NCBI GenBank assembly: GCA_024226315.1
Contig: JAAELT010000577.1
Location: 12,032 to 76,031, forward strand
Origin: a bacterium
GTDB taxonomy: Bacteria > Acidobacteriota > Thermoanaerobaculia > Multivoradales > J023
DNA: 64,000 bases
Reading direction: 5' to 3'
Below the pieces are notes generated by a model. The model saw only the letters and a program-made list of their open reading frames with translations, did no database searches and was not told the origin of the DNA. A program made the translations under genes and the position numbers. The first letter of the stretch is position 1; each line of letters starts with the position of its first letter. Positions 16,443 through 25,300 of the stretch are shown piece by piece.

Positions 16443-17792
16443 ATGCGCAACATCCTCGTGCTCGGCGCCGGCCATAGCGCCACCTACCTGATCCGCCATC
16501 TGCTCGAGCAGGCCCAGGAGCGGGAGTGGTTCGTCACCGTCGGCGACCGCGACGGCGAGCTGGCGGCGCGGGCGGTGGACGGCCATCCATGTGGCGACGG
16601 CGTTGCCTTCGACGTCAACGACGCCGAGATGCGCGCGGCGCAGATAGAGGAGGCGGCGGTGGTGGTCAACCTGCTGCCGCAGCATTTCCAGAGCCTCCTG
16701 GCCTGGGATTGCCTGCAGCACGGGCGGCACCTGGTCTCGGTGTCCTACAAGGACCGGCGCATGGACGAGCTGGAGCGCGACGCCCGGCGCAAGGGCGTGC
16801 TGATGCTCACCGAGATCGGGCTCGATCCGGGCATCGACCTGATGTCGGCGATGGCGGTGATCGGCCGGGTGCAGGAGGCGGGCGGCGTGGTGAGGAGCCT
16901 CGAGTCGTACGGCTCGGGCGTGCCCGCCCCGGAGGTGGACGCCAATCCGCTCCGCTACGCCATCACCTGGAACCCGCGCAACGTCGCCATGGCCGGTGAG
17001 CAGGGCGCCCAGTACCTCGAGCATGGCGAGATCAAGATCGTCCCCTGGCACCAGATCTTCCATCACACCTGGCGCAAGGAAGTCGCCGGATTCGGCCCGA
17101 TGGAGGCCTACCCGAACCGCGATTCCCTCTCCTACCGCGACAAGTTCGGCATCTCCGACGCCGAGACCCTGATCCGCGGCACCCTTCGTTACCCCGGCTG
17201 GAGCGAGACCTGGCACCAGATCGTGCGCCTGGGGCTGCCGAACGAGAACATCGCGATCCCGAACCTCGAGCGGCGCTGCTTCCGCGACATCGTCGAGATG
17301 TTCCTGCCGCGCAGTGTCTCGGGCTCGGGCGTCGAAGGCCGCTTTGCCAACTACCTGGGGATCAGCGAGACCGGCCGCATCATGGACAACCTGCGCTGGC
17401 TCGGCCTGTTCTCCGCGGAAGTCCTCGGAATCGAGGGCTCGACCGCCACCGACGCCCTGATCTTCCTGCTCGAGCGCAAGCTCGCCCTGCCCGCGGACGG
17501 CCGTGATGCCATCATCCTGCTGCACGAGGTGATCGCCCGCTATCCCGGCGAGAACGGCCGCGAGGAGCGCATCACCTCGACCCTCGTCCACTACGGCGAG
17601 CCCGGCGGCACGACGGCGATGGCCAGAACGGTGGGGCTGCCGGCGGCGGTCGCCATCGAGCTGCTGCTCGCCGGCGAGCTGCCGCTGACCGGCTGTCACA
17701 TCCCCACCCATCCGGCCATCTACCGGCCCATCCTCGACCGGCTCGAGGCCGCGGGCCTGAGCTTCGACGAAACGGTCGAGCCCGGCGGCTGA
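16443..17792 (+). CDS. saccharopine dehydrogenase (NADP-binding Sacchrp_dh family)
   Basis: N-terminal Rossmann fold MRNILVLGAGHSATYLIRHL. Family blocks LLPQHFQ...VSVSY, GLDPGIDLM and ITWNPRN are present. Confidence 0.8.
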   Translation: MRNILVLGAGHSATYLIRHLLEQAQEREWFVTVGDRDGELAARAVDGHPCGDGVAFDVNDAEMRAAQIEEAAVVVNLLPQHFQSLLAWDCLQHGRHLVSVSYKDRRMDELERDARRKGVLMLTEIGLDPGIDLMSAMAVIGRVQEAGGVVRSLESYGSGVPAPEVDANPLRYAITWNPRNVAMAGEQGAQYLEHGEIKIVPWHQIFHHTWRKEVAGFGPMEAYPNRDSLSYRDKFGISDAETLIRGTLRYPGWSETWHQIVRLGLPNENIAIPNLERRCFRDIVEMFLPRSVSGSGVEGRFANYLGISETGRIMDNLRWLGLFSAEVLGIEGSTATDALIFLLERKLALPADGRDAIILLHEVIARYPGENGREERITSTLVHYGEPGGTTAMARTVGLPAAVAIELLLAGELPLTGCHIPTHPAIYRPILDRLEAAGLSFDETVEPGG

Positions 17793-17812
17793 AGCGAACG
17801 CGGGGGAGAAAG

Positions 17813-18952
17813 ATGTCACGTCTCGTCACCGGCGTCGTCGGCACCTCGTCGAAGGAGAACGAGCACCGCCTGCCGATCCATCCCCGGCACCTGGACAGGA
17901 TCCCCGAGGCGGCGAGGGCGAGCCTGCGCCTGGAACGTGGTTACGGCCGGCGCTTCGGCGTTGGCGACGTCGAGCTCGAGGGCTTCTGCGGCGGCCTGCT
18001 GACGCGCGAAGAGATCCTCGCCGGCTGCGACGTGGTGGTGCTGCCCAAGCCGGTCGAATCCGACTTCGAGGCGATGCGCGACGGCGGCGTGCTGTGGGGC
18101 TGGCCGCACTGCGTGCAGCAGCGGCGGGTGACCCAGCTGGCGATCGACAAGCGGCTGACCCTGATCGCCTTCGAGGCGATGTTCCGCTGGCGCCGGCCGG
18201 GCCGGCGCGGCGTGCACGTGTTCGCCAAGAACAACGAGCTCGCCGGCTACTGCGCGGTGCTCCACGCCTTCGAGCTGCTGGGGATCGACGGCCACTACGG
18301 GCCGCGCCGGCGCGCCGCCGTGCTCGGGTTCGGCTCGGTCAGCCGCGGCGCCGTCTACGCGCTGGAGGGCCGCGGCGTCACCGACATCACGGTCTACACG
18401 CAGCGGCCGCCGCACCTGGTGCGCGACCAGAAGCTCGGCGGCGTCCACTTGCAGATGCGGCGTGGCGACGGCGGCAGTATGGAGGCCGTGCGCGCCGACG
18501 GTTCGGCGACCCCGCTGGCCGCCGAGCTCGCCCGCGCCGACGTCATCGTCAATGGCACGCTCCAGGACACCGACCGGCCGCTGATGTACCTCCCCGAGGG
18601 GGAGGAGGCGAGCCTGCGGCCCGGCAGCCTGATCGTCGACGTCAGCTGCGACCTCGGGATGGGCTTCTCCTTCGCCCGCCCGACCACCTTCGAAGACCCG
18701 ATCTTCCGCGCCGGCAAGGCGACGTATTACGCCGTCGATCACACCCCGACCTACCTGTGGGACGCCGCCAGCTGGGAGATCTCCGAGAGTCTGCTGCCGT
18801 ACTTCGGCACGGTGACGGGCGGCCCCGAGAGCTGGCGCGAGGAGCCGGTGATCGACCGCGCGATCGAGATCCGCGGCGGCGTGATCGAGAACCCGAAGAT
18901 CCTGAGCTTCCAGCGGCGGCGGGCGGAGTACCCGCACCCGCTCCGCCGGTGA
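17813..18952 (+). CDS. alanine dehydrogenase/PNT-fold enzyme; likely lysine-ketoglutarate reductase / saccharopine dehydrogenase (L-lysine-forming) partner
   Basis: NAD-binding block AVLGFGSVSRGAVYALEGRGV in an AlaDH/PNT-like architecture. It sits 20 bp downstream of the Sacchrp_dh gene on the same strand. Confidence 0.7.
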   Translation: MSRLVTGVVGTSSKENEHRLPIHPRHLDRIPEAARASLRLERGYGRRFGVGDVELEGFCGGLLTREEILAGCDVVVLPKPVESDFEAMRDGGVLWGWPHCVQQRRVTQLAIDKRLTLIAFEAMFRWRRPGRRGVHVFAKNNELAGYCAVLHAFELLGIDGHYGPRRRAAVLGFGSVSRGAVYALEGRGVTDITVYTQRPPHLVRDQKLGGVHLQMRRGDGGSMEAVRADGSATPLAAELARADVIVNGTLQDTDRPLMYLPEGEEASLRPGSLIVDVSCDLGMGFSFARPTTFEDPIFRAGKATYYAVDHTPTYLWDAASWEISESLLPYFGTVTGGPESWREEPVIDRAIEIRGGVIENPKILSFQRRRAEYPHPLRR

Positions 18953-19057
18953 GCACATTTGGCCACCTTGATCCGCGCTGCGCGCCAGTCCCGCCCTGGG
19001 TTCGACGCCGTTAATCCGTTTGCGTCAAGGATCTCCGCGACCGGCGCCGGGCTCGTT

Positions 19058-20593
19058 TCATTCGACGACGAAGGTCTGGAGCTCGACCGGGACCATCGAA
19101 TTGGCCAGGCTGTCGAAGTACACGTCCCCCTTCGTATCGCCGCTGACGGCGGAAGTGAAGGCGAAATATGCGTCGGTGGCGTCGACCACGAGGCCGAGGT
19201 ACTCGCCCAGCCAGGGCTCGCTGCCGGGCAGGTTGGTGGGGGTCGCGAAGCTCTGGTCCGTGACCCGGACATTGGTCGAGAAGGTCGTGCCGCCGTCGGT
19301 GCTCTTGGCCACGTAGACGTCCCACATGTCGTCATTGGCGGCGTTGCGCTTGTCGTACCAGGCGACGTCGATCGTGCCGTCGGACTTGACCACGATCATC
19401 GGATGGATCTGATCGCGGGTCGTGGCGTCGTCGTTGACCGTGAGCGGGGTCGACCACGTGGCTGTGCTGCCGCTCATGGTGGACCTGGTGAAGAAGATGT
19501 CGGCCTCGTCGGCGGCGCCCATGGGATCGGCGGCGTAGACCATGTAGACGGTCGTCGAGCTCGACGGGTTGGTGGCGATGGCCGGATAGCTGCCCGAGCG
19601 CGCGTCGTCCATCGCGCCGCCGAGCGTCGACATGTGGTTCGAGAGCGCGGTGATGTTCTGCGCCACCTGGTCGGTGGTGAAGCTGACCCCGCCGTCGGTC
19701 GACCGGTCGAGGTGCAGCGTGCCGGGCTTGGGGTTCATGTCGGTGACGTCGACGTCGATCCAGGAGACGTAGATCGTGCCGTTGGCGGCCACCGCCACGT
19801 CCGGGACGTTGGCGAAGTCGGACGGCGGTGCCGGCAGCGGCATCCCGCCGGGATTGTCGTTGATCGTCTTCGGGGCGATGCTGCCTGCCGGCACGCCGGT
19901 GAAGTCGAGCCCCGTGGGGTTCATGGGTCCCGGCACGACGGGCGGCGGCGACTTGGCGAAGTAGATGTCACTGGTCGGCAGCCCCTGGCCGACGTCCTTG
20001 ATCCACACCACGTAGACGTGGTCGCTGCCGTCGACGGTCATGTCGGGCCGGTCGTTGAAACGATAGGGATCGGGCATCGGTGGCGGTGGCAGCATCCCGG
20101 CGCGTACGTCGAAGTCGATAGTGTCCGGCCCCGACCAGGTTGCCCCCTTGTCCGTCGACCTCTCGATGTAGATGCCGCCAGGGCCGCCGCCCGAGCCGTC
20201 GGTGGCGATGTAGCCGGCGTAGATGTTGCCCAGGGAGTCGGAGTCGATGAACGGATCGAAGATGAAGCTCAGGGAGATGCCGTCGTCCGGTGACGGCGGC
20301 ATGAGGATCGGATGGGTCGGAACGCCCAGTTGCCGATCGAGCCACGTGGCGCCGGCGTCGAGGCTGAAGCTGACCCCGAGCGGGCTTGAGGCGGCGCCTG
20401 CGTTGTCGTTGTAGGCGACCACGAAGTTGTTGGCGTCGGTGGCGTTCTGCGTGATCCGGATCTCGTTCTGGACCGTGCCGGCGGCGTCGGAGTTGATTTT
20501 GACGTCCACTCCTGCGAGGGCCAGGACCGGCCAGGCCACAACCGCGGCCGTGGCGGCCACGGTCCTGAGTGTCGGCGAGCGCAGATCGATCAT
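19058..20593 (-). CDS. secreted BNR/Asp-box repeat protein (sialidase-like beta-propeller)
   Basis: A GGAGGA RBS precedes ATG MIDLRS (an upstream GTG at 20647 is less likely). Signal peptide present. Asp-box motifs: STDKGATW, STDGGVSF, STDGGTTF, SLDAGATW. Confidence 0.75.
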   Translation of the reverse strand: MIDLRSPTLRTVAATAAVVAWPVLALAGVDVKINSDAAGTVQNEIRITQNATDANNFVVAYNDNAGAASSPLGVSFSLDAGATWLDRQLGVPTHPILMPPSPDDGISLSFIFDPFIDSDSLGNIYAGYIATDGSGGGPGGIYIERSTDKGATWSGPDTIDFDVRAGMLPPPPMPDPYRFNDRPDMTVDGSDHVYVVWIKDVGQGLPTSDIYFAKSPPPVVPGPMNPTGLDFTGVPAGSIAPKTINDNPGGMPLPAPPSDFANVPDVAVAANGTIYVSWIDVDVTDMNPKPGTLHLDRSTDGGVSFTTDQVAQNITALSNHMSTLGGAMDDARSGSYPAIATNPSSSTTVYMVYAADPMGAADEADIFFTRSTMSGSTATWSTPLTVNDDATTRDQIHPMIVVKSDGTIDVAWYDKRNAANDDMWDVYVAKSTDGGTTFSTNVRVTDQSFATPTNLPGSEPWLGEYLGLVVDATDAYFAFTSAVSGDTKGDVYFDSLANSMVPVELQTFVVE

Positions 20594-20742
20594 GTTCGTC
20601 CTCCTCGATCTCGGCACTTCGTTCCAGCGGAACAGGGCGGTGAACACTGTACCACGGTCCCCGCCGACCTATCAGATCGTCCGAATACTCGGGCAATCTG
20701 ATAGGGTTGTTCGACAAATCCGCGGATCAGGGAGGCCGGCAC

Positions 20743-20940
20743 ATGACGTACGACGACGTGATCGCGCAGCTGGAGGAGAACCGCAACGAACGGGGCATGG
20801 CCAACTGGGTCAAGCTCGGGGGAGGCACGAAGCTCGAGAGTTTCGGCATCGGCCTGACCCAGTTGCGCAAGCTGGCCAGGAAAGTCGGGCGCGACCACAT
20901 GCTGCTTTACGAGCTGGGCAAGAAGAAGGGTAAGGCCTGA
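20743..20940 (+). pseudogene. N-terminal 65-aa fragment resembling DNA alkylation repair enzyme (AlkD/PF08713 family), truncated
   Basis: A GGGAGG RBS lies 7 bp before the ATG. VIAQLEENRNERGMANWVKLGGGTKLESFGIGLTQLRKLARKVGRDHMLLYELG matches the N-terminal HEAT-like repeat of the family. It stops where the family continues (LW.S..E.R...). The ATPase gene starts 5 bp later. Confidence 0.45.
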
Positions 20941-20945
20941 CCCGC

Positions 20946-22310
20946 GTGTTGACCCGGCTGGAGGCGGACGGCTTCAAGAACCTGCTCGACTTCCGGGTCG
21001 ACTTCGGTCCCTTCAACTGCATCGCCGGGCCCAACGGCGTCGGCAAGTCGAATGTCTTCGACGCCATTCGCTTCCTGTCGCTGCTGACCGAGCACACCCT
21101 CACCGAGGCGGCGCTCTCCGTGCGTGGCGCGGATCCCGAGGCCAGCGATCCCCAGGACCTGTTCTGGACCGACGGCCAGAACCGCGCCCGCGAGCTGCGC
21201 CTGGCGGCGGAAATGCTGGTCGAGCCGGAGGTGATCGACGACTTCGGCCGCCCCGCCCACGCCAGCTCGACCTTTCTGCGTTACGAGCTGGTGATCGGCC
21301 ATCGCGACCACGGGCTCGAGTTGCTTGCCGAGCGCCTCGGCTACGTGACCGAGCGGGCGGCCGCGCGACGGCTCCGGTTTCCCCACAATGCCGCGGACTT
21401 CAGGCGCGCGGCGGTGGTGAACAGGCGGCGGCGCAAAGACGGTTACGTCTCCACTCACCGGGCGGCGGACGGCTCGGCCGAGATCGCCGTGCACCAGGAC
21501 GCGGGCGGCGTCGGCACCCCGGCGGCACCGGCGTCCTCGGCGCCGCGGACGATCGTCGGCACCTCGGGTACCGCGGTCACGCCGACGCTGCTGGCCGCGC
21601 GTCGGGAGATGGCGCGGTGGCGGCTGCTGGCGCTCGAGCCCCGGGCATGCCGCCGCGCCGACCGCTTTCACGCCGCGCCCCACGTCGACCAGCAGGGCGC
21701 CCACTTGCCCGCGGCGCTGCGACGCCTGGCGGACGGATCCGGAGAGCCGGAAAAGGTTTACGCGCGAATCGCCCGCCGCCTCGCCGAGCTCACGCCGGTG
21801 ACCGGCGTCGGCGTGGCGGTCGACCCGGTACGCAGGCTGCTGACGCTGGAAGTGGTGGAAGAGGGGGGCGCGGTGCTGCCGGCGCGCTCATTGTCGGACG
21901 GCACGCTGCGCTTCCTGGCTCTCTCGATTCTGCGCGAGGATCCCGAGCTCGGCGGCCTGCTGTGCCTGGAAGAGCCCGAGAACGGCGTTCATCCCGGCCG
22001 CATCGAGGCCTGGGTGCGATTGCTGCGCGACCTGGCGGTCGACCCCCGCCAGCCGCCTGGGCCGGGCAATCCACTCCGCCAGGTTATCGTCGCTACACAT
22101 TCGCCCGCCTTCGTCCAGCTGGTGGACGAAGGCGACCTGCTGCTGGCCACCCGCGAGAGCCTCGAGGACCGGAGCGCGACCGCCCTGCGATGCCGTCCTC
22201 TGGCCGGCAGCTGGCGCGCACGGGGCGGGGCCAAGGGTATGAGCCCAGGCACCGCCCTGGCCTACCTCACCACCCAGCACGGCGACCAGATTCGCCTGCC
22301 GGACTTATAG
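20946..22310 (+). CDS. AAA15/OLD-family ABC-type ATPase (stand-alone; defence-associated ATPase class)
   Basis: N-terminus RLEADGFKNLLDFRVDFGPFNCIAGPNGVGKSNVFDAIRFL (Walker A). Q-loop/signature LSDGTLRFLALSIL. Walker B/D-loop LLCLEEPENGVHP. H-loop VIVATHSPAF. A low-complexity insert sits between the lobes. Confidence 0.75.
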   Translation: MLTRLEADGFKNLLDFRVDFGPFNCIAGPNGVGKSNVFDAIRFLSLLTEHTLTEAALSVRGADPEASDPQDLFWTDGQNRARELRLAAEMLVEPEVIDDFGRPAHASSTFLRYELVIGHRDHGLELLAERLGYVTERAAARRLRFPHNAADFRRAAVVNRRRRKDGYVSTHRAADGSAEIAVHQDAGGVGTPAAPASSAPRTIVGTSGTAVTPTLLAARREMARWRLLALEPRACRRADRFHAAPHVDQQGAHLPAALRRLADGSGEPEKVYARIARRLAELTPVTGVGVAVDPVRRLLTLEVVEEGGAVLPARSLSDGTLRFLALSILREDPELGGLLCLEEPENGVHPGRIEAWVRLLRDLAVDPRQPPGPGNPLRQVIVATHSPAFVQLVDEGDLLLATRESLEDRSATALRCRPLAGSWRARGGAKGMSPGTALAYLTTQHGDQIRLPDL

Positions 22311-25300
22311 CCGCGCGGCCGCTCGCTGCGCGATCAGCGTGAAACCCTTGTCGGTGGCTTCCGGCACCAGCGCCTCGAGTCGCGCCCGGCCGTCGGCCGC
22401 GGCCTGGCCGCCGGCCGCGATTTCCACCGCGGCGCGGTCGAGCCTAGCCTCGAAGCCCAACCCCAGCAGACCCAGCTCCGCGGACTCGGCGTCGATACTG
22501 GCGAGCTTACCCAGGGCCGCCGAGGTCTCACGCCGAGCGGCCAGGAGGTTTGCCTCGGCGAGCTCGACCGACAGGCGCACCATCGGATTCTGACTCCTGG
22601 CCGCGTGGTCCCTGACCGCGTCCAGAGCTTCTCGGGCGCCGTCCAACTGCCCCTGGGCGACCCGCACCCTTGCCAGCAGCGCGGCCGCGGCGGCCTGGTA
22701 ATCGGTGCTCTCGCCGCTCCGCAGCTCCTCGACGGTGCGGCTGGCCAGGCTCTCGGCTTCGGCGGTGCGCTTGGTCTCGAGCAGCAGGCGGATCCAGGGC
22801 AGCTGGGTCTCGGCCAGCTCGGCCGGGTCGCCGAGTTGGGAGCGCAGCTCGACGGCCTGATCGAACCGCTCCCGTGCCGTTCCCAGAGCGCCCGTCGCCA
22901 GCAAGACCTGGCCCTGGCCCGAGAGGACGAAACCCAGTAGCGACTTGTTGCCGATCTGGTTGGCGATTTCGGCGGCCTGAGCATACTGCTCCACGGCGCG
23001 CGTCAAGTCGCCAGTGGCGAACGCGATCTTGCCGCGGTAGAAGTGGGCCCAGGCGATCCCTTCCCGGCTCCCGATCTCCCGGTAGAGGGCCATGCCCTCG
23101 AGAGCCGTCTCGTCGGCCTCGGTGTACCCTCCCTTGTGGATCAACACCCAGACTCTGGTGTCGAGGAAACTGGCCTCCATCTCGCGGTCGCCGATATCGC
23201 GCACCGCCGCCACGGCTTCGTCGACCATGGCGATCGCAGCTTCCAGCTCTCCGCGATCGAGGACCAGATCGGCCAGGTTGTTCTGCATCTGGGCAACCCC
23301 TTTGCGGTTGCCCGTCTGGCGGTGGATCTGCAATGTCTGACGGTAGAGCGCCTCGGCCTCCGAGCGCTTGCCTTCGTCTTCGAGCAACACCGCCAAGCCG
23401 CCCAGCACCTCGGCCAGGCGGCTCTGATCGCCGGCCTCCGCCAGCAGCTGCCGGGCTTCCTCCAGGGCTTTTCTGGCCTCGGCTGCGCGTCCGACGCTGC
23501 GCAACGCGCGCCACTGCCGCCGCTGGGCTTCCGCCACCAGGATCCATGCCTCGTGCTCCCGACCCTTGGTGAGCGCGCGCTCGGCGGCAGCCAGCTGGGC
23601 CGGGTAATTCGACAGTGCTCCGCTCGCCGACGCCTCTGCCAGGTCGATCCGGGGATCGTCGCTGGCTGGCGCCGGCAGAGTGCGCAGCGCTTCGAGCGTG
23701 GAGAGGGCATCGCGCGGCCGGCCGGCCGAGACCTCCGCCTCGGCGAGCTGCACGCCGTAGTCGATGTTGCCCGGCGACAGCTCCCACAACATGCGGTAGG
23801 CCGCGGACGCGCGGTCCCACTCGCCCGACGCCTGCCAGTAGCGTCCCTCGATCGCCAGCGATTCCGCCCGCGGCAGCCCCTGGGCCTCCTCGAAGGCCTT
23901 GCGAGCGCTCACCTCCGCCTGCTTGTCGTGGCCGAGGTCACGCCAGGCTTCGCTGAGAGCTGCGTGGGCGAGGGCGAAGCGCGGCTCGAGCTCGACCGCT
24001 TGCTGCAGCAGATCCCGAGCCGCCAGGGCGTCGAAACCGCGCAGCTCTTCGAGCCCTTCGGAGTACAGTTTGTTGGCCTCCGGGCTGGCGGACAACAGTG
24101 CCCGGACCGCCTCCTTCTGCTCATCCGAGAGCTCGGCGATGCCTAGTCGCTGACGCAGGATCTTGCCGGTGCGCGATACCAGCTCGAATAGCTCGGCCTC
24201 CGTGCCGGAGTCCGAGAGGGCGACGATCTTGCTCTCCTCGCGGGTATCCTGCAGCCGCAGCAGCAGCCGGAACTCGGAGTTCTCCTCGACTCCGACCGGC
24301 AGGTAAGAGCCGAGGAGGACATAGTCGGTGCCGAGGTTCCGGGCGATGGCGTCCAGGGTGTCGGCGCCGAGGGTCTCGACGTCCGGTGGCGCCAGCTCGA
24401 GCTTCATGTGGGCGATGCTCTCGCCGGGGATCAGGCGCAGCTGGCCACCGGTCGCCAGCTCGGTGGAAAACAGCTCCGAGAGCGCGGTCGACAGCCAGGC
24501 CAGCTCGGGCCTGCCGGAGAGATTCTTGAATCCGAGCACGGCGATCGCGGGCCTGGTCTCCGCCGACAGTGACTGTCGGCCCGTGGGTAGCACGAAGACC
24601 TTGATCAACAGCGCGATCAACACCAGTGCCGCGATTCCACGCAGCAGCCCGGGCAGCGTCCAGCGGCTACTCTTCGGCTGGACGCTCTCGTCGACCACGC
24701 GCCTGGCCTTCTCGCGGTCGGCGGGTGGTGCCAGCGGCGCGTTGCCCTCGAGGCCGGCCTCGAAGATCTGTAGACGGTCCTCCACTCCCTTGAAACGGTA
24801 CTCACCGTGGCTCATCCAGTGGACCGGGCGACCGTCGACATGCTCCTCTTTCATGGCCCGGCGCGACAGGTCGAAGGCCGCCCTGGTGAGCAGGGTCTGC
24901 CCACCTCCGGCGAGACTCATCGCCCGTGCCGCGATCGGCTTGGCGAGGCCTTGGACCTCGATCGGCTTGGCCCCGCGCAGGATGTCCTGCAGCGGGGTCT
25001 CGTGGAGGATCACTTCCCCGAGGTGTATGCCGACCCGTGCCTTGAGCTCGATGTCGGCTTCCGCCGAGACCCGCTCCAATTCGAGGTGGTACTTGAACGC
25101 GAACTCCACGGCGTCGACCGGCCGCTTGAACAGGATCAGGAAGCCGTCGGTCTTGTCGATCTCGCGTCCCTGGAACTCGGTCATCAGATCTCGGGCCAGC
25201 CGATCGTGGTGCGCCAGCACGTCGGCGGCACGGCGGTCGCCGAGATCCTCCACCAGGCGGGTGCTGCCGACCAGGTCGGTGACCAGGAGGGTCTTCAGGG

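Noticed and set aside
16293-17819. 508-aa minus-strand ORF covering the saccharopine dehydrogenase gene
   Set aside because: Only its last about 33 codons (16293-16392) carry meaning, as the BNR-tail copy. The rest is antisense to a well-supported Sacchrp_dh gene.
17816-20293. Minus ORF 17816..18958 and plus ORF 18959..20293, antisense to the LKR-like and BNR genes
   Set aside because: No motifs, extreme Arg/Ala/Gly composition. The opposite strands encode recognisable Rossmann and Asp-box proteins.
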